Positions 41,421 through 50,973 of a stretch of DNA of 64,000 nt are shown in pieces. A program made the position numbers and the translations under genes. Origin of the DNA: an uncultured delta proteobacterium (GTDB lineage: Bacteria; Desulfobacterota; RBG-13-43-22). Every line of letters starts with the position of its first letter. Positions within the stretch are counted from its first letter, which is position 1. The notes beneath the pieces are model-generated. The model saw only the letters and a list, made by a program, of their open reading frames with translations. It made no database searches and had not been told where the DNA came from. The stretch spans positions 32,001 through 96,000 of the forward strand of contig CAVQFQ010000017.1 of NCBI GenBank assembly GCA_963711835.1. The letters are read 5' to 3'.

Positions 41421-42797
41421 ATGCCAACACAAGTAGAGAAAGAGCCAGGAAGGGCCTGGGTTGTAGTCTTTGCCGGAGTTGCCGTTAATCTCTGCTTAGG
41501 GATTTTATATGCCTGGAGCGTCTGGAAAAAGGCTTTGGTCGATAAAGGTAAAGCGGATGTGGGGGAGATTATGACCGGTATCAATGCCGGATGGCCCTAT
41601 CTAACAGACACCCAAGGGACCGTTGCCTATTTCCTTTGCGGTCTCATATTCGCCGTTTTTATGATTCCGGGAGGCAAGCTCCAGGACCGATACGGTCCCA
41701 AATTGGGGGCTACATTAGGAGGGCTTTCCCTGGCGGCAGGTTGTATTATTGCCGGATTAATGAAAAGTTATTTCGGTTTGATCTTTGGTTTTGGAATACT
41801 CGGGGGCATCGGCATGGGACTGGGTTATGCCGCACCAACCCCGGCAGCCCTAAAATGGTTCGGCCCGCATCGAAGGGGCCTAATTGCCGGTATTGTGGTG
41901 GGCGGCTACGGGGGGGCGGCCCTTTATATCGCCCCTTTAGGACAATATTTTATTGATACCTATGGCATTTCGGGCAGCTTTATCGGCCTTGGAATCATAT
42001 TTGCGATAGTGGTGATTATCGCCGGCCAGCTGCTTTCCAACCCCCCTGCCGGTTATATCCCCGCTAAGCCGCCCCTCCAGTCGGAAATAAAGCGTGAACC
42101 GGCCATGACCTGGGCGAATCGGTTGATAGCCAAGGCCGTGCCCCGCTGGCTGGGCAAAAGCGACGGAAAAAACAATAGTCCGCGCGACATAACCCCGGCA
42201 GGGGATTATTCCCCAAAACAGGTATTGGCCAAGTGGCAACTTTATGCCCTGGTTCTGATGTTCATTGGGAGCGCCCAGTCCGGCATGTTGGTCATTGCCA
42301 ATGCCGCCCCCATCCTGGCCAAGACCGCCGGGAAACTCGAGTTTTTTGTGAAAAATGCTTGGATCATCGTGGCCTTCGGCGGTTTGGTCAATGCCTTTGG
42401 CCGGGTCGGTTCCGGGCTCTATTCCGATAAAATTGGGCGCGCCAACGCCTATACCGTTAATTGCGTGATTTCGGCCCTGTTTTTATTGGCCACGCCTTTT
42501 ATTATCAAGGCCGAGAATATCCCCCTTTTGTTTTTAGCCATCGGGGTTGCCTATTGGCAGTATGGGGGAGGTCTCTCGATAATGCCTGCTTTTACGGCTG
42601 ACTTTTTTGGCTCTAAAAACCTGGGGGCAAACTACGGGCTGGTTTTTCTCGGCTGGGGATTGGGGTTTTTAATGCCCTTGTTGGCCGGCTATATAAAGGA
42701 CAGCACCGGTTCCTATTCGCTGTCGTTTTATATTTCGGCGGCGGTCCTGATTGTGGCGGTTATCCTCTCCCGCTTCCTTAAAAAACCCACAAAATAA
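41421..42797 (+). CDS. OFA-family (oxalate:formate antiporter-like) MFS transporter
   Basis: GILYAWSVW, GKLQDRYGP, GLGYAAP..KWF, DFFGSKNLGANYG. Confidence 0.85.
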   Translation: MPTQVEKEPGRAWVVVFAGVAVNLCLGILYAWSVWKKALVDKGKADVGEIMTGINAGWPYLTDTQGTVAYFLCGLIFAVFMIPGGKLQDRYGPKLGATLGGLSLAAGCIIAGLMKSYFGLIFGFGILGGIGMGLGYAAPTPAALKWFGPHRRGLIAGIVVGGYGGAALYIAPLGQYFIDTYGISGSFIGLGIIFAIVVIIAGQLLSNPPAGYIPAKPPLQSEIKREPAMTWANRLIAKAVPRWLGKSDGKNNSPRDITPAGDYSPKQVLAKWQLYALVLMFIGSAQSGMLVIANAAPILAKTAGKLEFFVKNAWIIVAFGGLVNAFGRVGSGLYSDKIGRANAYTVNCVISALFLLATPFIIKAENIPLLFLAIGVAYWQYGGGLSIMPAFTADFFGSKNLGANYGLVFLGWGLGFLMPLLAGYIKDSTGSYSLSFYISAAVLIVAVILSRFLKKPTK

Positions 42798-42800
42798 AAA

Positions 42801-42858
42801 GGGTTCAAAAGGGGCCCAGGAAGGGCAATTCACCTGATTCCTGGACCCCTTGAACCCT
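42801..42858. terminator. Hairpin between convergent genes
   Basis: gggttcaa..ggggcccaggaa / ttcctggaccccttgaaccc. Confidence 0.5.
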
Positions 42859-42871
42859 CGATCCCCTATCT

Positions 42872-44008
42872 TTATATCCCATGGAGAGGAAAAACCTCAT
42901 CCTGAATAAAAGCCACCACCCTTCGGACTTCCTGAAGGGCCTTCTCTTTGACTTCTCCTTCGGTTAAGTAGGGGTAGTCATAGAGGCTTCCCACCTCCAT
43001 CTCCGGCCCGAACATCATGCCCCCGACCAGGCCGGCGAACTCGTCTACCGGCACCAAATTATTCAAAATGGCCCAGGCCAGGGTCCAGCAGCGGGCAGTG
43101 CGGTAGAGATCGTAGCCTCCTCCTCCCAGGCCGAGCACTTTGGGACAAAGTTCCCTGATACCCCTGACTACACGCTGATACCCGTTGTTGGTCAGCCTCA
43201 GATGGGTAAGGGGGTCGGAAATCAAGGTGTCCGCCCCGAGCTCGGCCACAATAATATCCGGTCCAAAGGACCTGACCAGTGGCGGGACTACCGCATCAAA
43301 GGCAAAGGTATAGATCTCATCGTCGGTCCCCGGTTCCAAAGGCACATTGACGGTAAAGCCTTTCCCTTTCCCCTGGCCTATTTCCGTTTCACTTCCCGAC
43401 CAGGGATAGAGGGTCCTCCCGGTTTCATGAAGGGAAATAACCAGGACCCTCGGGTCTTCGTAAAAGGCCGCCTGGACGCCGTTCCCGTGATGGGCATCGC
43501 AATCGATAAAAGCAATCCTTATTCCCGGGATTTTCTTAAGGGCGTCCAATAGGGTGATAGCAATATCGTTCAGGTAACAAAAGCCTTCGACTTGGTCGGG
43601 CAGGGCATGGTGAAAGCCACCGAAGGGGTTGAAGGCAGCGTCCGCCTGCCCGGTGAGGATAGATTCCATGGCCTGATGGGTCCCGCCTGCTGCCCGTAAA
43701 GACCATTCATAGATCCCTGGAAGAATGGGGTTATCTTTTGTCCCCAAACCGAATTCCAGCATCTCGAGTTCGAACTCTCCCCGGCTGGCTTTTTCGATGG
43801 CCTGGATCAGGGCGGGTTTATGAAACAGGGTGAGAAGGTTTGGATCCAGGGGTTCAGGGTTGAGGATGGTCATCCAGGGATGATTCATGACCCCGTAACG
43901 GGTACAAAGGTCAAAGGTCTTGATAGCCCTTTCCGGCTTGAAAGGGTGGTCGTATCCAAAATCAAAATGGCCCATTTCTCCTGAATAAACAAAAATCGTC
44001 TTCATCAT
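42872..44008 (-). CDS. acuC: AcuC-like Zn-dependent deacetylase (HDAC family)
   Basis: HPFKPER, GGFHHA, GFCYLND, DCDAHHGNG, SLHE, GADT..DPL, GGGGY. Confidence 0.88.
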   Translation of the reverse strand: MMKTIFVYSGEMGHFDFGYDHPFKPERAIKTFDLCTRYGVMNHPWMTILNPEPLDPNLLTLFHKPALIQAIEKASRGEFELEMLEFGLGTKDNPILPGIYEWSLRAAGGTHQAMESILTGQADAAFNPFGGFHHALPDQVEGFCYLNDIAITLLDALKKIPGIRIAFIDCDAHHGNGVQAAFYEDPRVLVISLHETGRTLYPWSGSETEIGQGKGKGFTVNVPLEPGTDDEIYTFAFDAVVPPLVRSFGPDIIVAELGADTLISDPLTHLRLTNNGYQRVVRGIRELCPKVLGLGGGGYDLYRTARCWTLAWAILNNLVPVDEFAGLVGGMMFGPEMEVGSLYDYPYLTEGEVKEKALQEVRRVVAFIQDEVFPLHGI

Positions 44009-44019
44009 GACCTCGTCGG

Positions 44020-44385
44020 TTAGCCGATCGTTTCCTTGATCACAGCCAGGAGTTTTTGCGGCGATATCGGCTTGGATAAAAAAAGACTGGCTCCCACCTC
44101 AAGCCCTCGTTTTATGTCCTCTTCCTGGTTTTTGGCGGTCAAAAACAAGATCGGCTTATCTCGGTAGCGGTCTTTCTTTCGGATCAGCGTGCAAAGCTCG
44201 AATCCATCCATTTCTGGCATAACGATATCGAGGATCAATAGATCGAAATTTTCCTGGTCGAGTTTTTCAAGGGCCGCGGAACCCCTGGAAAAGGTATCGA
44301 CCTCATACTTTTCAGACCTGAGCAGCTCCCTCAGGGCTATAAGGACCAACTCATCATCATCAACAATAAGGACACGTCTGGCCAT
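44020..44385 (-). CDS. Single-domain response regulator
   Basis: VLIVDDD, LDIVMPEMDG, FLTAK, KP. Confidence 0.93.
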   Translation of the reverse strand: MARRVLIVDDDELVLIALRELLRSEKYEVDTFSRGSAALEKLDQENFDLLILDIVMPEMDGFELCTLIRKKDRYRDKPILFLTAKNQEEDIKRGLEVGASLFLSKPISPQKLLAVIKETIG

Positions 44386-44419
44386 TTCCTTACTCCTTAT
44401 TCTCTTAAAATAGATCGCA

Positions 44420-46837
44420 TTAGGGGGTAGACTTTTTTATTTTGAGATCACGGCCGGCCAGGGGAAGGAGTATTTTGACCTCGGTCCCGACACCGACCTG
44501 ACTCGTGATTCCCAGCCGTCCGCCATGGGCCTCTACGATACCAAAGCAAAGAGAAAGTCCCAAACCGGTGCCTCGGCCTACTTGTTTGGTGGTAAAGAAG
44601 GGCTCCAGGACCTTAGTTAGAATTTCCTCAGGGATTCCCTCTCCGGTATCCTTCAGGGAAACAGCCACCGTCGGGGATTCAACCTCATCACTAAGATAGG
44701 AATGAATGGTCAATTCCTTCGGCCCGGACACCGTCTCCAGGGCGTCTTTGGCATTGGAAATCAGGTTGAGAAAGACCTGTTCGAGCTGATTGGAATCACC
44801 TCGAATCTTCGGCAGGCCTTCTGATAATTTCTTGGTGATGGTTATATTGTGGTTAAGGAGCTGTTGCCCGGTAAGCATTAAGGCATTTTCAATAGGTTGA
44901 TTGATATCGAGCTCCTGAAAAACGGATTCGGTCTGTCTGGAAAATTCCCTGAGGTGATTAACGATCTTCTCGATCCGGTCATTGCAGCGGCCTATGAGTT
45001 CCAGCCGTTCCCGGTTGGGACAGTCCTTATGGAGGTTGTTCAGGATCACATGGAAGATCGTCTGAGAGGCCATCAGGGGGTTATTCAGTTCGTGGGCCAC
45101 CCCGGCCACCAATTCTCCGAGGGCCCTCATTTTGGAAGCCTCGACCAGATAGAACTGGGTCTCTTTAAGCTTGGCCTCCAGGCGTTTTTGTTCGGTAATG
45201 TTTTTAAATATCCCGGCAGTACCGATCACCAGGCCCTCTTCATCGCGGAGCAGAAAGTTTGAGGTTAAAATGGTCAGGACCTGACCGCTTTTGCTCTTTA
45301 CCTGCATCTCATAATTTTCAATTCTCCCATCGGCACCGAGGAGGTTCATGATATCCCAAGCTTCCTGGATGCCCCGGACGTAAACAATTGAGATATGGTT
45401 TCCAAAAAGTTCTTCTCTCCGGTATTCCAGCATCTCCAGCATGGCCTGATTGGCATAGGTGATTTTTCCCTTGAGATCGGTAGTTACGATGCCGTCAACC
45501 GAACTCTCCATAATATTTTCCAGAAATTCCTTGGTTTCCCGGAGCTCTTTCTCCAGGGTTTTCCGCTGGGTGATATTACGAACAATTTCAACAAATCCCC
45601 TAACCTCTCCTGAAGGGTCAACAATTTCGGTAACGGAAGAATGGGCCGGAAAGCGGTGGCCGTTTTTCTGAACCCGATCCATCTCCTGTTCGCTCAATCC
45701 TTCGAATTTGCTCTGTTTTAGGAAGGCGTTCTCATGCCCATCTCTGGGCACCTCCGGGGGAAGGGTAATGGAAATCTTTTGCTTGTTGAGGACCTCCTCC
45801 TTTTTCCAATCGAAGATTCTCTCAGCCCCTTTGTTGAACTCGATGATGGTCCCATCGACGTCCATGGCAATAATGGCGTATTGGGTAGCGCTCTCTAAAA
45901 TGCTGTTTAAGAAATGGGAAAGATTCCGGTATTTCTCTCTTGAATCCCTCAGATCCCGGGTCCTGGCCTCAATCAATTTTTCCAGATTCTCGGTGTTGCT
46001 CTGGATTTGGGCTGCCATCCGATTGAACGAATCTCCCAGGATACCAATCTCGTCCGAACCCAAGATGGTGACCCTCTGGGCAAGATCTCCCGCCGCCATC
46101 AGGGTAGTTACCTCGGTTAGATCCAGAATCGGCTTCGTCAGAACCCTGGAAAGGATGATGGTCAGTCCGAAGGCTATGACCAGGATGACCACAACCACCA
46201 CGGCGATAACCCGTTCGGTTTCATAAAGGGAATGATAGATTTCATCTTCATAGGCCCCAGCCGCAATGACCCAGTCCCACGGTTTGAAATAGATATACTT
46301 CGTCAATTTCTGTCTCGGCTTGGTTTCTCCTAATTCAGGATTCATCCAGGGATAACGGATAGTTCCCACCTTGCCGTCCCCCAAGACCAGGGCCTCTTTG
46401 ATCATGGCCCGTATGTATTTAAAACCGCTTGAATCCGTTGAATCAAGGATATTCTCTTTTTCTTTGGCCGGATGGATCTGGAGGAGGCCGCGGGTGTCTA
46501 TAACGTAACTATAACCGGTACTGCCTACTTTAATTTGGGCCAGGGCATCTTTTAGGGTCCTAAGGCTTCTTTCCTGGGTCAGGTTGGCACCTGTCTTGGT
46601 TTGAATCATTTCCTGCTGGGCCTTGCTCATGGAATAAAGATTCCTAACTAGATGTTCCAGATCCTCTTCGTAGGCTTTTTTTAGGGCGTCATTGAACCGG
46701 GCCATGCCGAAGGAGACCACCACCAGAAGAGGCAGCAAGACCAGGAAAAGGGTGGTGCTGATGAGTTTTCCCCGGATCTTCCAGCCCCGAAAGGGAAGGG
46801 CAAACTTACTGAAGCTTTTTGGATGGATGTGATTCAT
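44420..46837 (-). CDS. Membrane histidine kinase (Cache-HAMP-PAS-PAS)
   Basis: Two TM helices, GYSYVID..HP / YFKPWDWVI Cache motifs, DEIGILG..FN HAMP, AHELNNPL. Confidence 0.92.
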   Translation of the reverse strand: MNHIHPKSFSKFALPFRGWKIRGKLISTTLFLVLLPLLVVVSFGMARFNDALKKAYEEDLEHLVRNLYSMSKAQQEMIQTKTGANLTQERSLRTLKDALAQIKVGSTGYSYVIDTRGLLQIHPAKEKENILDSTDSSGFKYIRAMIKEALVLGDGKVGTIRYPWMNPELGETKPRQKLTKYIYFKPWDWVIAAGAYEDEIYHSLYETERVIAVVVVVILVIAFGLTIILSRVLTKPILDLTEVTTLMAAGDLAQRVTILGSDEIGILGDSFNRMAAQIQSNTENLEKLIEARTRDLRDSREKYRNLSHFLNSILESATQYAIIAMDVDGTIIEFNKGAERIFDWKKEEVLNKQKISITLPPEVPRDGHENAFLKQSKFEGLSEQEMDRVQKNGHRFPAHSSVTEIVDPSGEVRGFVEIVRNITQRKTLEKELRETKEFLENIMESSVDGIVTTDLKGKITYANQAMLEMLEYRREELFGNHISIVYVRGIQEAWDIMNLLGADGRIENYEMQVKSKSGQVLTILTSNFLLRDEEGLVIGTAGIFKNITEQKRLEAKLKETQFYLVEASKMRALGELVAGVAHELNNPLMASQTIFHVILNNLHKDCPNRERLELIGRCNDRIEKIVNHLREFSRQTESVFQELDINQPIENALMLTGQQLLNHNITITKKLSEGLPKIRGDSNQLEQVFLNLISNAKDALETVSGPKELTIHSYLSDEVESPTVAVSLKDTGEGIPEEILTKVLEPFFTTKQVGRGTGLGLSLCFGIVEAHGGRLGITSQVGVGTEVKILLPLAGRDLKIKKSTP

Positions 46838-46954
46838 TAGCCGATACCCTTCTCGAGGTGTCTGCCTGGCGGTATCCCTATGAGTAAAAATTTACCTTCT
46901 GATGGGAGGATTATATAGTAGGCCGAGAAATCGGGGCAAGAGAATTGCGACGGA

Positions 46955-47419
46955 TTATTCCGACGCTCTGGGTTGATGGACGGTTAGAACAGTGCAGCTG
47001 GCCCGGCGAACCACTTTTTCGGCTGTGCTTCCCAGGAAAAAGTGGGCCAAACCGGTAAAGCCATGGGTCCCCATCACCACCAAGTCTACCTTTTCCTGGT
47101 CGATAAAATTTAAAATCTCACTGGCCGGATGACCGGACAGCACCCGGATGTCAAAATTACTGTAAGTCCCCATCTGTTGAACATAGGTTTTTTCTATCTG
47201 TTCCAGGGAACGCTGGGTGACGTCCTCTTGAAATTGGAAGTTGGCTTGTTCGGAAATAAAGTCTTCCATAACGGGCGAGGGAAAAACCAGAGGGGGAACC
47301 ACATGGATCAGAAAAAGGGTGGCCTCGTATTTTTTCGCCAAATCAAAGGCCAGATCAAAAGCCTGGTTGGCGTTTTCGGAAAAATCAGTACACAAGGCGA
47401 TTTTTTTAATCGTCGGCAT
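46955..47419 (-). CDS. Universal stress protein
   Basis: IALCTDFS, DLVVMGTHG, LGSTAEKVVR. Confidence 0.93.
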   Translation of the reverse strand: MPTIKKIALCTDFSENANQAFDLAFDLAKKYEATLFLIHVVPPLVFPSPVMEDFISEQANFQFQEDVTQRSLEQIEKTYVQQMGTYSNFDIRVLSGHPASEILNFIDQEKVDLVVMGTHGFTGLAHFFLGSTAEKVVRRASCTVLTVHQPRASE

Positions 47420-47516
47420 AACACACCTCTTGAATGGTTTGGATGCCCTGCTGGTAAGGGTATTCTACCGCTTATTCAAAGCCTGTCAACTGATTATTAA
47501 AACAGTGTTTAAGAAA

Positions 47517-47690
47517 AGGGGTCTGCTCTCGACTCTTAGTCATTTCAAAACCGAGCAGGGTCATCCTCGGATTCTGCTCCGACACTATTTTAAAACGCAG
47601 GTGGCCGCCACAGAAACGGCGCACTAATTCGGTTACCTCTTTGCAGACGTGCTCTATCTCCACGGGTGGCACAGGGGGAAAGACCTTCCC
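47517..47690 (-). pseudogene. 3' remnant of a B3/4-domain paralog
   Basis: PPVPPVEIEH...RFCGG.LRF..SEQNPRMTLLGFEMTKS matches the end of 32003-32758. Confidence 0.85.
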
Positions 47691-47806
47691 CTCGAGGGGA
47701 AGGTTTGGGCTGCCCCGACGGGGATTGGGGGGAGAGGTGAGACCAATGGCGCTGGAGAAGGAGGTTGCCGTTACCTGACAACCCATTTATTTCATTAACG
47801 AAACCG

Positions 47807-47882
<76 letters not shown>

Positions 47883-47944
47883 ACGGGAATCACTTTAAAG
47901 ATTATAGAGAATTTGTCAAGGATAAATTCCCGAAACGATAGAGT

Positions 47945-48316
47945 TCATGTACCCTTCTCGAGGGTTGGCCCGGGATCGTCTTTTTCCATGGACAGGCCCG
48001 GGGATTTTTCTCCTTTCCGGGGACCCGATTTTACCGCCGGCGGGCCTTCCGAATCAAATTCCCGGGTCAGATCTATTTCCGGCCATTCCTCTACGGTTGG
48101 GGCCGGGCGCTTGACCAGGGTCTTTTCTTTTTCCCGCGCCGGTTCCTCGTTGGCCTGGGTCGCAGACATCCGCTCCATGACCGCCAATAGGGAGATCGGA
48201 TTCGCAGGGGTGTTCAATAGATTTAAGTGCATTTTTTCCCGGCTTAAATCGGCCCGGCATTTCTGGCATTGATCCAGATGATCAAAGCTGATGTACCCGC
48301 ATTTAGGGCAGCGCAT
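47945..48316 (-). CDS. Zinc-ribbon hypothetical protein
   Basis: MRCPKCGYISFDHLDQCQKC. Confidence 0.7.
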   Translation of the reverse strand: MRCPKCGYISFDHLDQCQKCRADLSREKMHLNLLNTPANPISLLAVMERMSATQANEEPAREKEKTLVKRPAPTVEEWPEIDLTREFDSEGPPAVKSGPRKGEKSPGLSMEKDDPGPTLEKGT

Positions 48317-49073
48317 GGATCCCTCCTTTTTGTTTTGATCCCATATCCCCCCAAAGAAACTGGAGCAGGCAGATGATGGCCAGGGCCGCTGTTTCGGAAC
48401 GCAGGATCCTGGGGCCAAGGGAAAAGGGGATAAAGCCCTTTTCCTCTGCCAGGGCCATTTCTTCCTGCTCAAAACCGCCTTCCGGCCCGACCAGGGCCAG
48501 AAGTTCTCCGGCCAGAGGGAAAGGGAGTTCCAATCCCGTGAGGGTCCTGGAGGATTCTCCCTCATAAGGAATGATCCCCGTGGTTCCCTTCCCTTGTTCC
48601 ATCATCTGCTCAAAGGAAACCGGGTCCAGAAGCCGCGGCAGCCTATTTCGTCCGCATTGTTTGCCCGCCTCACGGATGATTTTTTCCCAGCGCCCCTTCC
48701 GGGAATCCCGGTCCATCTTTTGAAAATTGCGGCGGCTGCGGGCCGAATAATACGGAAGAAAATGGATGACCCCCAACTCCGTCCCTTTTTGCAGTACCCA
48801 TTCCAGGGCCTGGGAACGGATCAGGGGCAGGCCCAGGGTCAACAGCAGGGGTGATTCCCTTGTGACATACTGCCGATCCATTATTTCCACAAATACCCGG
48901 GATCCCTTGAGGGCGGAAATTCGGGTCCGGTATTCATAACCGCTGTTGTCAAAAAGAACCACCTCCTGCCCAACCGCCATCCGGAGCACCTGAAGAATAT
49001 GCTTGGCCTCGTCGCCGGTTAAACAGGGCTCGGGGAGAAGAAGCTGCTCGGGAGTAATAAAAAAGCGACGCAT
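48303..49073 (-). CDS. rsmE: 16S rRNA m3U1498 methyltransferase
   Basis: HILQVLR, QKGTELGV, EAGKQCGR, VGPEGGF, LGPRILRSETA. Confidence 0.95.
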   Translation of the reverse strand: MRRFFITPEQLLLPEPCLTGDEAKHILQVLRMAVGQEVVLFDNSGYEYRTRISALKGSRVFVEIMDRQYVTRESPLLLTLGLPLIRSQALEWVLQKGTELGVIHFLPYYSARSRRNFQKMDRDSRKGRWEKIIREAGKQCGRNRLPRLLDPVSFEQMMEQGKGTTGIIPYEGESSRTLTGLELPFPLAGELLALVGPEGGFEQEEMALAEEKGFIPFSLGPRILRSETAALAIICLLQFLWGDMGSKQKGGIHALP

Positions 49074-49087
49074 TGATCTGGGTCCGG

Positions 49088-49999
49088 TCAGGGAAGAAAG
49101 CCAAACAAGGCACAAGCCCATTCCTCTTCCAGGAAGAGACAATGAAAAGGTATCTTTTCGCGGGCCATGGCCTTGATCACCGACCGGGCCTGGGAGTCCA
49201 AAAACCCCGAGACAATTAAAAACCCTTTCGGGCTCAACAACCTTTTCAGGACTGCTGCCAGGCGGATCAAATCAGGGCCTGTCAGGTTGGCCAGGATCAA
49301 TGAAAAGGAACCGGTCAGGGTTTCGGGTGAAGCCTCCTCCACCTGAATGATCCGGTCCAAGCCGTTTAGAAGAGCATGGGCCCTGGCGGACTCAACCGCC
49401 AGCGGGTCGTTATCAATAGCTAGGACCGATTCGGCCCCTAGGATGGCCGCTGCCAAAGCCAGGATGCCGGTGCCTGTCCCGATATCCAGGACCCGGTCAA
49501 AGATTCGGCCTCCGGCCTTGGCCTCTTCGGCCAGCCTGTCCAGGCCTTTCAGGCACAGCCGGGTGGACACATGACCGCCGGTCCCGAAGGCTTGGCCGGG
49601 GTCCAAGCGGATAACGTGTTCTCCCTCCCGGGTTTGAACCGATTCCCAGGCGGGAATAACCGTAAGGTTTGAACAAACCCGGATGGGTTTAAAAAAACGC
49701 TTCCAATTTTCCTGCCAATTTTCTTCCGGAACCAGACACAGGTCCCAAAGGGCCGGCCGGGCTTCCGGAAAAAATTCCTTCAGGGCGGCGACCCTTCTCT
49801 TTAAGCGGATCAGTTTCTCCCGGAAACCTTCCTCCTTGAGTAAATAGGCTTTAAGGGAAAAAGGTCCTTCCTCTCCTTCCGGGGGCTCGAGGTGATGAGA
49901 CCCTTGGCCGGTCTCTTCAAAAATCAGGGAACTGCAGGCCTCCAGCAGTTCAGGAGAAACCGTTAAGGTGATCTCAAGCCAGCAACGTGGGGTTTTCAT
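49088..49999 (-). CDS. prmA: Ribosomal protein L11 methyltransferase
   Basis: WQENWKRFF, LDPGQAFGTGGH, LDIGTGTGILA, DNDPLAV. Confidence 0.93.
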   Translation of the reverse strand: MKTPRCWLEITLTVSPELLEACSSLIFEETGQGSHHLEPPEGEEGPFSLKAYLLKEEGFREKLIRLKRRVAALKEFFPEARPALWDLCLVPEENWQENWKRFFKPIRVCSNLTVIPAWESVQTREGEHVIRLDPGQAFGTGGHVSTRLCLKGLDRLAEEAKAGGRIFDRVLDIGTGTGILALAAAILGAESVLAIDNDPLAVESARAHALLNGLDRIIQVEEASPETLTGSFSLILANLTGPDLIRLAAVLKRLLSPKGFLIVSGFLDSQARSVIKAMAREKIPFHCLFLEEEWACALFGFLP

Positions 50000-50127
50000 A
50001 CCGTCGATCCGATTGACAGCCAAAGGGTTGTCTTGTATTCTAAAAAAAAGGGGCCTTAAAAGCAATCCAATTTGTACCCAGCCATCGAAGGACCCGGGGA
50101 TTATCCGGCTCCTCCGGGAAGGAAGCC

Positions 50128-50877
50128 ATGAATCAGGAACAGCTCAAGAAACTGTTGCACCAGGTCAAAGATAACCGGCTGACGGTCGAAGCGGCTTTAG
50201 TCCGCCTGAAGCACCTGCCCTTTGAAGACCTGGATTTTGCCCGGATCGACCATCACCGTTCTCTGCGGAAGGGTTTCCCCGAAGTCATTTTCGGGGAAGG
50301 AAAGACGTCCCCCCAGATCATCGAGATCATGAAAAAAATGCAGGGCAATGGGGACAATATTTTGGTCACCCGCCTGGACTCCAAAAAAGCCGCCGCCATA
50401 AAAAAAAGATGGCCCAAGGCTGCCCATTATCCTCTTTCAAGGGTCCTGACCCTGACCGCAACGCCCCTTGTTCCAAAGGGCCGGGGTACGGTCTTGATTA
50501 TCTCAGCCGGGACTTCGGACATCCCGATAGCGGAAGAGGCCCTGCTCACAGCCCAAATCATGGGCAATCCGGTAGACTATCTTTATGATGTGGGGATATC
50601 CGGATTGCATCGCCTGATGTCGAACCAGGAGAAAATCTTTTCGGCTTCGGTGCTCATCGTCGTGGCCGGCATGGAGGGGGCTCTGCCCAGTGTAGTCGGC
50701 GGGTTGGTGGACCGGCCGGTCATTGCCGTGCCTACCAGCATAGGCTATGGGGCCAGCTTCAACGGCCTGGCCGCCCTCCTGGCCATGTTGAACTCCTGCG
50801 CTTCCGGAGTGGCCGTCGTCAACATCGACAACGGATTCGGGGCCGGGTATCTGGCCACGCTGATCAACCGGGAGTAA
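50128..50877 (+). CDS. larB: Nickel-pincer cofactor biosynthesis protein LarB
   Basis: DHHRSLRKGFPEV, AGTSD, AGMEGALPS, PTSIGYG, VNIDNGFGA. Confidence 0.92.
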   Translation: MNQEQLKKLLHQVKDNRLTVEAALVRLKHLPFEDLDFARIDHHRSLRKGFPEVIFGEGKTSPQIIEIMKKMQGNGDNILVTRLDSKKAAAIKKRWPKAAHYPLSRVLTLTATPLVPKGRGTVLIISAGTSDIPIAEEALLTAQIMGNPVDYLYDVGISGLHRLMSNQEKIFSASVLIVVAGMEGALPSVVGGLVDRPVIAVPTSIGYGASFNGLAALLAMLNSCASGVAVVNIDNGFGAGYLATLINRE

Positions 50878-50973
50878 TGCGGATGCTGGATACTGGATTA
50901 GCGCCTAAAGTGAATAAGATGACAGGCGTCCTGTTCCGGTTTTATCAAGAATCCAGAAACCAGTATCGGACGT

